Made by a program: the position numbers and the translations under genes. The notes under the pieces were generated by a model, which was not told the origin of the DNA, ran no database searches, and saw only the letters and a list, made by a program, of their open reading frames with translations. DNA of 13,197 nt, from positions 64,001 to 77,197 of the IMG/VR virus record IMGVR_UViG_3300012933_000236; one strand, written 5' to 3'. The DNA is from a virus (lineage: Duplodnaviria; Heunggongvirae; Uroviricota; Caudoviricetes). Shown piece after piece: positions 1 through 7,089 of the stretch (positions are counted from its first letter, which is position 1; every line of letters begins with the position of its first letter).

Positions 1-2
1 CT

Positions 3-33
3 TAGGCTACCTTCGGGTGGCCTATTTTATTTT
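3..33 (+). terminator. Rho-independent terminator upstream of the lysis cassette
   Basis: 9-bp stem TAGGCTACC/GGTGGCCTA (one G-U) with a cUUCGg tetraloop, followed by TTTTATTTT. Confidence 0.9.
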
Positions 34-68
34 GTGCTAATTATTAATCTGAAGTTGAAAGTATTGAA

Positions 69-296
69 ATGTCTGAGCAAATTGAACACCGAATAATTAA
101 ATTAGAGTTAAAAGTAGAAGATCATGCTGAAGAGTTAAGAAAACTTCAGGATATCTCTACTAGATTAAGTAACTCATTAACTGGTATAGAAAACACATTA
201 AATCAAATCAAGTATTTGGCTATTGGTGCTGTACTAGTAGTATTATCTCAAGCAATCGGGATTACCAATGTTATAAAACTGATGTTGGGTGTTTAA
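69..296 (+). CDS. small coiled-coil protein with a C-terminal TM helix (XhlA-like; holin/antiholin candidate)
   Basis: 75 aa. Heptad-like N-terminus (IIKLELKVEDHAEELRKL...LTGIENTLNQIKY), then hydrophobic LAIGAVLVVLSQAIGI. First gene of the lysis cassette; its stop overlaps the next start (TAATG). Confidence 0.7.
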   Translation: MSEQIEHRIIKLELKVEDHAEELRKLQDISTRLSNSLTGIENTLNQIKYLAIGAVLVVLSQAIGITNVIKLMLGV

Positions 297-778
297 TGAT
301 TGATCCAGTAAGTGCCTTTGCATTAGCTACCGCTGCTTATAATGCAGTAAAGCAAGGTATTGAAGTTGGTAGAGAAATGCACGAAGTCTCCAAAGCATTG
401 GGTACATTCTTTAAAGCTTCTACTGATATAAAAGAAGCCGCTGAACAGCAATCGAAACCTTCTATATTTAAGAAACTATTAAATAAAGGTTCTGTTGAAC
501 AAGAAGCTTTAGATAATTTAGTCAGACGTAGAACAATCATTAAGCAAGAATATGAACTAATGATGATGGTGAAGATGCAATACGGTGATTATGCATATAA
601 TGAAATGCTGGAAGAACGTAGAAAGATTGCTGCAGATAGAATAAAAGCAGAAAGATTGCAAAAAGAATATAATAAAAAAGTAGTTGAAAACATATTCATG
701 TATTCGTTATTGGCAATATTATTATATATATTTTATTTATTAATTACTGCAGGATATACATTAATACAAGGTGTTTGA
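296..778 (+). CDS. hypothetical membrane-anchored protein in the lysis cassette
   Basis: 160 aa. Amphipathic N-terminus (MIDPVSAFALATAAYNAVKQG), charged helical middle, C-terminal TM (IFMYSLLAILLYIFYLLITAGY). Translationally coupled to the upstream gene. Confidence 0.7.
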   Translation: MIDPVSAFALATAAYNAVKQGIEVGREMHEVSKALGTFFKASTDIKEAAEQQSKPSIFKKLLNKGSVEQEALDNLVRRRTIIKQEYELMMMVKMQYGDYAYNEMLEERRKIAADRIKAERLQKEYNKKVVENIFMYSLLAILLYIFYLLITAGYTLIQGV

Positions 779-779
779 T

Positions 780-1196
780 ATGTCAAAGAAATTAGAAGCA
801 AATTCTATTTATGATCAGTTTGATACTAATCATGACGGTGTTGTAACTGACGAAGAATTAAATCGTAGTGAAAGAATGCTGCAAATAGATAACATGGATA
901 AACTTGCAGATCAACAAAGATTGATGGCTTGGATGGCGATGTTTCTACCTATGATTATAATTTTAATAATGCTAACACCCTTTGTTAGTTCAGATAAGAT
1001 TAACATGGTAATGGGATTGGCTACTACTTTTACTGCAGCTATGGGAAGTATTGTAGTTGCATTCATGGCTGCTACTGCTTATATTCGTGGAACTATGAGT
1101 ACAAATACACCTAACAATATTGTAACTCAAAATCCAGTTATACGACCACCAGCACCTGTTGTTAGACCTCCACCACCATCACAAGGAACTCTATGA
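780..1196 (+). CDS. EF-hand-containing two-TM membrane protein (holin candidate)
   Basis: Canonical 12-residue EF loop DTNHDGVVTDEE (822-857), two hydrophobic segments and a Pro-rich tail. Start placed at ATG 780 (AAGGTG upstream) rather than the GTG at 771. Confidence 0.7.
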   Translation: MSKKLEANSIYDQFDTNHDGVVTDEELNRSERMLQIDNMDKLADQQRLMAWMAMFLPMIIILIMLTPFVSSDKINMVMGLATTFTAAMGSIVVAFMAATAYIRGTMSTNTPNNIVTQNPVIRPPAPVVRPPPPSQGTL

Positions 1197-1645
1197 ATTA
1201 TTTAACCATAGGTCTTACTACTGTAGCTTTTGTATCTGGTTTTTACTTACAAGGTTTACGCTCAGATGCTGAAATTAGTGCAATTAAATTACAGCATTCA
1301 AATGCTCTAACAGTAGCTACTCAAAAAGCTTCTGAAGATACTAATACTCTACAAAGGAAAAAAGATGAAGCTCTCAAACAAGCCCAAATTTCTGCTGCTA
1401 AAAATGCTGCCGCTAATGCTGCTCTTAATAGTCAGCTTGAATGGATGCGGGACTACAACGCCCGTAATAGCGCCGCCATTAGTAACTCTACCTGTAGCTC
1501 CGTTAGAGACTACGCCGCAACCGCTACAACCGTATTCTCAGAGTGTACAACTGCTCTTACAGGAATGGCAGAAAAAGCTCAAGGCCACGCCCTTGATTCC
1601 AGAACGCTAAGAGAATCTTGGCCTGTTTTAAAGGATAACAAATGA
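1193..1645 (+). CDS. Rz: i-spanin (Rz-like)
   Basis: N-terminal TM (YLTIGLTTVAFVSGFYL), then an Ala-rich coiled-coil periplasmic domain. Contains an embedded lipoprotein ORF and abuts the endolysin. Confidence 0.85.
   Translation: MNYLTIGLTTVAFVSGFYLQGLRSDAEISAIKLQHSNALTVATQKASEDTNTLQRKKDEALKQAQISAAKNAAANAALNSQLEWMRDYNARNSAAISNSTCSSVRDYAATATTVFSECTTALTGMAEKAQGHALDSRTLRESWPVLKDNK
1365..1610 (+). CDS. Rz1: o-spanin lipoprotein (Rz1-like), embedded in the +1 frame of Rz
   Basis: SD AAGGA upstream. Basic N-terminus, hydrophobic core and lipobox LNG|C (Cys28, 1446-1448). Pro-rich mature part (PVIAPPLVTLPVAP). Lies entirely within the i-spanin gene. Confidence 0.88.
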   Translation: MKLSNKPKFLLLKMLPLMLLLIVSLNGCGTTTPVIAPPLVTLPVAPLETTPQPLQPYSQSVQLLLQEWQKKLKATPLIPER

Positions 1646-2106
1646 AACTTACTGAGAATTTTTCATTAGCCGAAATGACTAAAAGTGAAATCGCAATTCG
1701 TAGAGATATGGATAACACACCGGATGAAACTGTAATAGCTAACCTGCAGTTACTTTGCGAACAGGTCTTGCAGCCGCTTAGAGATGCCTACAAGCTCGGA
1801 ATTAAAGTTAACAGTGCCTATCGTAGTCCTGATGTAAATGCAGCCGTAGGAGGCGTTAGAACATCTGATCATTGCAAAGGGCAAGCTGCTGATATTGAAA
1901 TTCCCGGTGTACCCAATGCTGAAATTGCTCAATACTTAGCAGATAACTTTGATTATACACAAATTATTTTAGAGTTTTATACAGCAGGTATTCCTGATAG
2001 TGGTTGGGTGCATGTATCGTATGATCCTAACAATCTAAAACGACAGGTATTAACTGCAGTAAAACAAAATGGCAAGACTGTTTATTTAAACGGTATTCAC
2101 GCATAA
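1642..2106 (+). CDS. endolysin, Zn peptidase family M15 (Peptidase_M15_3-like)
   Basis: Motifs LTENFSLAEM, NSAYRSP..NAAVGG...SDHCKGQAADI and WVHVSY supply the H/D/H Zn ligands. No signal-anchor. Confidence 0.92.
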   Translation: MKLTENFSLAEMTKSEIAIRRDMDNTPDETVIANLQLLCEQVLQPLRDAYKLGIKVNSAYRSPDVNAAVGGVRTSDHCKGQAADIEIPGVPNAEIAQYLADNFDYTQIILEFYTAGIPDSGWVHVSYDPNNLKRQVLTAVKQNGKTVYLNGIHA

Positions 2107-2147
2107 AAGAAAACCCCGATATCCTTTACAGGACTCGGGGATTTTTT
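2105..2147. terminator. bidirectional intrinsic terminator between convergent operons
   Basis: A-tract AAAAGAAAA, stem CCCCGA..TCCT-TTAC-AGGA..TCGGGG, then ATTTTTT. Lies between the stops of the endolysin (+) and thioredoxin (-). Confidence 0.85.
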
Positions 2148-2162
2148 ACGTCTGTAAGAAGC

Positions 2163-2405
2163 TTATCCTACAAACTGTTTTAATTGTTCAACATTCATGT
2201 AACCTGATCTACGTTTCATGACTTGATTTTCACTCATTAGAAGTACAGTAGGTACTCCACGAATATCAAATTCAGTTGTAGCTGTAGGGTCAGCATCAAT
2301 ATCTACTGTTTCTACCGGAATACCAAGATCAACACCTTCAAGTGTCTTTGATAGTTGTTTACACGGTTGACACCAGTGTGCTTTAAATACTACTAGTTTT
2401 TTCAT
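2163..2405 (-). CDS. trxA: thioredoxin
   Basis: WCQPC active site, VDID and cis-Pro motif GVPT. Downstream of nrdA. Confidence 0.93.
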   Translation of the reverse strand: MKKLVVFKAHWCQPCKQLSKTLEGVDLGIPVETVDIDADPTATTEFDIRGVPTVLLMSENQVMKRRSGYMNVEQLKQFVG

Positions 2406-2461
2406 GCGTAACCACCCATGTCATCTTTTGAAATACCATCCCAACCTTCTTTATGTTTCAT
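2402..2461 (-). CDS. 19-aa micro-ORF MKHKEGWDGISKDDMGGYA (not in the ORF track)
   Basis: Strong SD AAGGA upstream of the ATG. Its TGA overlaps the thioredoxin ATG (ATGA). Fills the nrdA-trx gap. Confidence 0.65.
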   Translation of the reverse strand: MKHKEGWDGISKDDMGGYA

Positions 2462-2475
2462 TCTATTTCCTTTCA

Positions 2476-4170
2476 TTATTGACAAGCTTCACATTCACCT
2501 TTACTGGCTTGTACACCAGCTTGTGTATAGATGTAATACAACGCTAAGATATTAGGGTCACGGAAAGCTTCAGCGTGAACTTCAGCAATCCAAGCAGGGT
2601 CTTCATCTGCTGCAAAGAACAGATTCAACGACTGCCATTGATCAATATACATACTACGCGCAGATGCTAATCTTAACACAGCTTTTTGATTAATCTCAAA
2701 GGCTGTTTTGAACACTTGCTTTTCATCATCCGTTAACCATTCTACGTGCTGCACTGAACCTTGCTTATCTGTGATTTCTTGTACATGTTTCTTGGTGTAA
2801 ACACCTTTCTTTTTCATTAGCTCAAGTAGTACAGGATTCAAACGATCAATTTCACCTGCAGAAGTAGTTTGATTATAACTCATAGCTGGATCAGGATTAA
2901 TACCTTCTGATACACCACCCATTAGTAATGCAGTAGATTTGGTAGGTGCAATAGCAATCAAGTGCGTATTACGAATACCGAAACCTTTACACCACTCAGG
3001 TTCACCTAAGATTACAGCCATTTCCTTAGTTGCATTTTGAGCATGATACCGAATAACAGCTTGAATCTCTTGACTTAATCGGTGTGCATCAAAGCCTTCA
3101 AACGGTAGCATCTCTTGCATGAACAAGGTATGAATACCACATAGACCTAAACCTAACGCTCTGCTCTTTTCAGTAAACCGTACAGCTTTCTCTAAACCAT
3201 TGATACCTTTAGCACGTTCAATAAATTCTGAAGCTACACAATCTAAGAAGATCGTAGCCCAATAAGGTGCAGTTGTATTTTTCCACTCACGATACTTAGC
3301 TGCATTCATTGAAGATAGAACACAAGTATATGTGTGGTCTTTATCGTTGAATAGCATAATCTCAGAACATAGTTGTGAGTTATTAATCTTCAGACCATGT
3401 TCTACATAAGTAATCGGACGTTTAGCATTTGCTTTATCAATAAAGAAGAAGTAACCTTTACCAGTTACCATCTTGATCTTCATTGCCTTTTGAAAGCGTT
3501 CAGTAGCATCACGATCACCAGCTTCTAAACGATCAATGAATGACTGTCGAATGGTCCAACCTGCATTTAAATCATCAGGTTCCGCTAAGATATGATCAGC
3601 GATTTCGTTGAAGTCACCGTGTTCAATATCCAAGTAGAAAGCCCAAGCACCTCTACGTGCAGTACCTTGTGCAATATTACGCATAGCGTTAACATGCTCT
3701 TTAACTACAGGCAAAATACCAGAAGCTTTACCACCTACGCTAATCTTGGAACCACGAGGACGAATACCGCTTAAATCAGTAGCTGTACCAAAGCCGTATT
3801 TAGTCAACATAGCAACTTCGTGTAAGTTACTATAGAAACCATCTACTGAATCATCTGCAATTGTTCCTGAGCATGATACAGGCATTCCACGGGTTGTTCC
3901 CATATTAGCAAGCACAGGAGTACTAGGAGATAACCAACCGTTCCACAGCAGTTTAAAGAACTCTGCTTCAGCTTCAGGAAGCATCGGAACGTGTTTTGCT
4001 GCAGTCTTTGCGATGCGTTCAAATTGACCACGTACTGAAAGACCTTCTGTTTGATATTCATATTTATCTTTGAACATTTGATAACCTGCAGTTGTATACC
4101 ACTGAGGAACCAAATCTTGCTCCTGAAGTTTCTTACGCTCTTCACTTAGTTCTTTATAAATATTACTCAT
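2476..4170 (-). CDS. nrdA: ribonucleotide reductase class I alpha subunit (compact, no ATP cone)
   Basis: SPSTP, PVSC, TARRGA, SQLCSEI, TCVLSS, APTKS, LYYIY and C-terminal CEAC. The true start is probably MSNIYKEL at 4170 (SD AAGGA; 8-nt overlap with the nrdB end), not 4248. Confidence 0.95.
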   Translation of the reverse strand: MSNIYKELSEERKKLQEQDLVPQWYTTAGYQMFKDKYEYQTEGLSVRGQFERIAKTAAKHVPMLPEAEAEFFKLLWNGWLSPSTPVLANMGTTRGMPVSCSGTIADDSVDGFYSNLHEVAMLTKYGFGTATDLSGIRPRGSKISVGGKASGILPVVKEHVNAMRNIAQGTARRGAWAFYLDIEHGDFNEIADHILAEPDDLNAGWTIRQSFIDRLEAGDRDATERFQKAMKIKMVTGKGYFFFIDKANAKRPITYVEHGLKINNSQLCSEIMLFNDKDHTYTCVLSSMNAAKYREWKNTTAPYWATIFLDCVASEFIERAKGINGLEKAVRFTEKSRALGLGLCGIHTLFMQEMLPFEGFDAHRLSQEIQAVIRYHAQNATKEMAVILGEPEWCKGFGIRNTHLIAIAPTKSTALLMGGVSEGINPDPAMSYNQTTSAGEIDRLNPVLLELMKKKGVYTKKHVQEITDKQGSVQHVEWLTDDEKQVFKTAFEINQKAVLRLASARSMYIDQWQSLNLFFAADEDPAWIAEVHAEAFRDPNILALYYIYTQAGVQASKGECEACQ

Positions 4171-5155
4171 TTGTTTCCTTTTTCCATACGAAATCTGCAC
4201 TATCCCAACTACGATGATATTGATTACCCATACCGCTGAAGAAATCATTGAATGTGTAATCGTTGATACCTTTGTAGAACCATTCGGAAATAGGATTATA
4301 CTTCACATCGTACTCTTTTGCAAAACCTAATTGCTTCAAGCATTCGTTAACTCTAGATTGTACGAAGTTTTCAAGTTGATGTGCAGTGATACCTTTGATT
4401 TCACCTTGCTCAAATAACTTAGCAATGATTTGGCACTCGTGTTCGTATAGCTTTTGTGCTACTAATCGAACTTGTGCTTCAATCGCTAACTTGTGTAAGT
4501 TAAAAGCTTCAGGTGACAATGTATTCTTTAACTGTTCTAACTTATATTTGAATGCCCAAGCTCCACCAGTAGAATGCATATTTTCGTCACGTACTGAGAA
4601 GTTAATCCCACGTACAATGTTCATTAACTTGTTCTTACCTTGAGATTGATAGTGCTTTAAGAATGCAAAAGATGAATATAAGATTACACCTTCAACCATC
4701 GAGAAAGCAGCTAACGAAATCAAATCATCTGGATGATCAATAATTTCACCAATGTGTTCTACACGTTGTTTTAACACAGGATCATTTAAGTATGATGTGT
4801 AAAACTCTGGTGTATCAATATGCAGTAATTGATTAATCTTATTATAAAACGGTGCATGAACTGCTAATTCAAACATAGAGAAGACCGAAGCCATTCTATG
4901 AAACTCTGCACCGTCAAACATATTCTTAAATCTACCACCCCAATACTCTGAACCAGCGTGTGTTTCGTAGATGCTGAATAATTTCAACGTAGTGATCACT
5001 GCATGTTTTTCTGCAGGTGTAAAATTGACCAATACGTCTTGAATATCTTTCTCTACTTTAATTTCATCTGGCAACCAGAATACTTTCAATTGTTGGTCTG
5101 CAAACTCAACTGGTTCCTGTCGTTCATTGATAGGTAACAAGTATTTTTCTAGCAT
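4163..5155 (-). CDS. nrdB: ribonucleotide reductase class I beta subunit
   Basis: FWLPDEI, E64, E96/H100, Y104, EGVILYSSF, RDENMH and a C-terminal Tyr (GNQYHRSW). Confidence 0.95.
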   Translation of the reverse strand: MLEKYLLPINERQEPVEFADQQLKVFWLPDEIKVEKDIQDVLVNFTPAEKHAVITTLKLFSIYETHAGSEYWGGRFKNMFDGAEFHRMASVFSMFELAVHAPFYNKINQLLHIDTPEFYTSYLNDPVLKQRVEHIGEIIDHPDDLISLAAFSMVEGVILYSSFAFLKHYQSQGKNKLMNIVRGINFSVRDENMHSTGGAWAFKYKLEQLKNTLSPEAFNLHKLAIEAQVRLVAQKLYEHECQIIAKLFEQGEIKGITAHQLENFVQSRVNECLKQLGFAKEYDVKYNPISEWFYKGINDYTFNDFFSGMGNQYHRSWDSADFVWKKETNE

Positions 5156-5566
5156 TTAGTCTTCCTCTGTTGTTGTCGCGTATTTATCTCTAGATTCTAA
5201 CAATGCCTGTGCATCTTCAGTTTCGTATCTAGCACGATAAATGTCTTCTGTTAATTTACTTCCACTTGCTTTGTCAATAGCAGGTCTACTTGCGTAACCA
5301 CTAGTGATCCAAGCTTTATCTAATCGTTCTTCTCCAACCCACCGACTGCACACAACAATTTCATTGAAACGATTTCTATGCTGCAAACTATCTTGCCTTT
5401 GGTATGGTCGATCTACGTTCATTCCTAGCGAATAAAGAAAGTCTTTAAATTCTTCATCCCTGTATTCAAACTCACTTGAGTAATTTGGCATTACTTTAAC
5501 AATCTCTGATTCAGAAATAATACATAATGCTACAATTGCATTGGGTCGAGTTGTGTTTTTATTCAT
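5156..5566 (-). CDS. hypothetical protein, first gene of the nrd operon
   Basis: 136-aa ORF with SD AAAGGT, directly downstream of a sigma70 promoter. Its stop abuts the nrdB ATG. Confidence 0.75.
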   Translation of the reverse strand: MNKNTTRPNAIVALCIISESEIVKVMPNYSSEFEYRDEEFKDFLYSLGMNVDRPYQRQDSLQHRNRFNEIVVCSRWVGEERLDKAWITSGYASRPAIDKASGSKLTEDIYRARYETEDAQALLESRDKYATTTEED

Positions 5567-5598
5567 TGTTACTACCTTTCAGAACAAACGAGAGTCCT

Positions 5599-5627
5599 AT
5601 TATATCACTGCTTATTGGTTAAATCAA
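5599..5627 (-). promoter_or_regulatory. sigma70-type promoter for the hypothetical-nrdB-nrdA-trx operon
   Basis: TTGATT (5627-5622), 17 nt, then TATAAT (5604-5599) with extended -10 TG. Confidence 0.8.
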
Positions 5628-5763
5628 GGTTATCTTGATCTTCTGATTCATCTTTAATACTGTGTAGTTCACGGTGTTCTTTTACTAATTTAATAGCAAC
5701 CGCATACATGATTATAATTATACATATTAAAACTAATGCACTAATTACTTGTAGAATAATCAT
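5605..5763 (-). CDS. 52-aa single-TM membrane protein (not in the ORF track)
   Basis: MIILQVISALVLICIIIIMYAVAIKLVKEHRELHSIKDESEDQDNLDLTNKQ. ATGA overlap with the upstream gene; SD AAGGA. Confidence 0.75.
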   Translation of the reverse strand: MIILQVISALVLICIIIIMYAVAIKLVKEHRELHSIKDESEDQDNLDLTNKQ

Positions 5764-6320
5764 TTGTTATCCTTTTCTTTAAGTTTAGGGTCTAGCATAA
5801 ATTCAAGCAAGAACATTGCGTTAACGGCTACAGCAGCCATGTGAAGCATATCTGGTACACTACTATCAGTATCATACAATTCGCCTCTTCTGTGGGCTTC
5901 TAAGTGCCTGTATAAAGCATCTAGATATCTCTGTTCAGCACCTTGTACTTTCTTCCAGTTATCACGCTCTTTATACTTCTTAAGACCAACTGTAAGATTC
6001 TTAGCAATCTGTTCTAAAGCATAGGATGGAATCAAACTGTATTGCAACTTGTCATGATCGTATTTAGTACCGGGAGTTTGTTGTTGCACAACATCGGCAT
6101 TGTTCCAGTCTTTCATCTGTTGTGTATCTGATCGAAAATCTACTTTTGATGTTGGTACAAAATGCAAAGGTTTAGGATCATCACATTTCATAATTAGATT
6201 GGCATTATAACAAAGAACCGCTTTATTTCTAAAAGCACAATCTGTGCATACACCTGCTTTATCATCATCTTCTACAGGTGTATATTCTTTACCATCAATT
6301 TTAATGTTACTCAAAAACAT
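5760..6320 (-). CDS. dATP/dGTP diphosphohydrolase-like domain protein (DUF5664-type) with a Cys-rich N-terminal extension
   Basis: GTKYDHDKLQYSLIP...GLKKY..DNWKK...YLDALYRHL...HMAAVAVNAMFL pattern. Start moved to ATG 6320 (SD AAGGAGG). Confidence 0.8.
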   Translation of the reverse strand: MFLSNIKIDGKEYTPVEDDDKAGVCTDCAFRNKAVLCYNANLIMKCDDPKPLHFVPTSKVDFRSDTQQMKDWNNADVVQQQTPGTKYDHDKLQYSLIPSYALEQIAKNLTVGLKKYKERDNWKKVQGAEQRYLDALYRHLEAHRRGELYDTDSSVPDMLHMAAVAVNAMFLLEFMLDPKLKEKDNK

Positions 6321-6322
6321 GT

Positions 6323-6826
6323 TCAATCCTCCTTAAAACCATTCAAGAGTAAATCTGCAGGAATGCAGTTACTTAGATCATTACTTTCAAATCCAATAGG
6401 TTTCATAACCTTATCTTTTAGATTCTTAATTACAAATAACTCATACTCAGAATTATACTCAACAACAACCTGTACACCATCTTGCTCATACATCTGTGCA
6501 GTTTGAATTGCAGTTAGTTCTTTTGAAGGGTATTTAGTTAAGTTATTGTAAGCAGTATCTCGCATTGCTTTGTTCATGTCTACACCAAGGTATTCTAGCT
6601 TTTGTGCAAGACCTAATGCTGTAACTAAAACATCCACCACACCATCTACTACTTCTTTAGCGTTGTTACGGTCAATACCTTTTTCTTTAATCTCTTTAGT
6701 TTCTTCTAAGATTAAGTTATATTGAAACTCAATATCATTTAAAGTAGTTAGTTTGTGCTTACCTGCGATTTCATTGAAAGCATTGCAGTCCATTTGAAAA
6801 TCTGAAATATTGTAATCGTTATTCAT
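6323..6826 (-). CDS. MazG-like / all-alpha NTP pyrophosphohydrolase
   Basis: LILEETKEIKE...AKEVVDGVVDVLVTALG acidic helical motif, followed by NNLTKY and KVMKP. Confidence 0.8.
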   Translation of the reverse strand: MNNDYNISDFQMDCNAFNEIAGKHKLTTLNDIEFQYNLILEETKEIKEKGIDRNNAKEVVDGVVDVLVTALGLAQKLEYLGVDMNKAMRDTAYNNLTKYPSKELTAIQTAQMYEQDGVQVVVEYNSEYELFVIKNLKDKVMKPIGFESNDLSNCIPADLLLNGFKED

Positions 6827-6993
6827 AGATCACCTTTCTTTGTGTTTTTAATATAGTTGAATTCGTAAAGAGCATCTTCAGCAGCTTGTTTAAAGTAAGC
6901 AAAAATAAATAATGGAAGAATGATCAACCAGATAAGATACACCAGAATTTTCAGATTGTGGTTAATACACCATTTTACCCAAGGGTTAAACAT
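6823..6993 (-). CDS. 56-aa membrane protein (not in the ORF track)
   Basis: MFNPWVKWCINHNLKILVYLIWLIILPLFIFAYFKQAAEDALYEFNYIKNTKKGDL. SD AAGGAG; ATGA overlap with the MazG-like gene. Confidence 0.78.
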   Translation of the reverse strand: MFNPWVKWCINHNLKILVYLIWLIILPLFIFAYFKQAAEDALYEFNYIKNTKKGDL

Positions 6994-7039
6994 AATACTC
7001 CTTTACTTTACGTGTCCGAAACTTCGGTCACTTACTATG

Positions 7040-7065
7040 AAAAAATCCCCGGCTGTTAACCGGGG
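7040..7065 (-). terminator. intrinsic terminator downstream of the DEDD exonuclease gene
   Basis: CCCCGG-TTAACAG-CCGGGG-A-TTTTTT on the minus strand. Confidence 0.85.
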
Positions 7066-7089
7066 TGTGAACTCAAATTGTCAAGTGCC

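Noticed and set aside
771-782. Dual-start (lambda S105/S107-like) motif GTG-TTT-GAT-ATG in the EF-hand gene
   Set aside because: The GTG has no well-spaced SD and the extension adds no positive charge, so it is probably just an in-frame upstream codon.
4171-4248. N-terminal extension of the nrdA ORF call (MISSAVW...)
   Set aside because: Overlaps the nrdB C-terminus in another frame and lacks an SD. ATG 4170 has AAGGA and a typical N-terminus.
2476-5155. Introns, inteins or homing endonucleases in nrdA or nrdB
   Set aside because: Both frames are continuous and compact, with no insertion or HNH/GIY-YIG/LAGLIDADG motif.
7079-7084. Perfect TTGACA hexamer on the minus strand as a -35 box
   Set aside because: No -10 hexamer lies 16-18 nt downstream; that position falls in the terminator stem.
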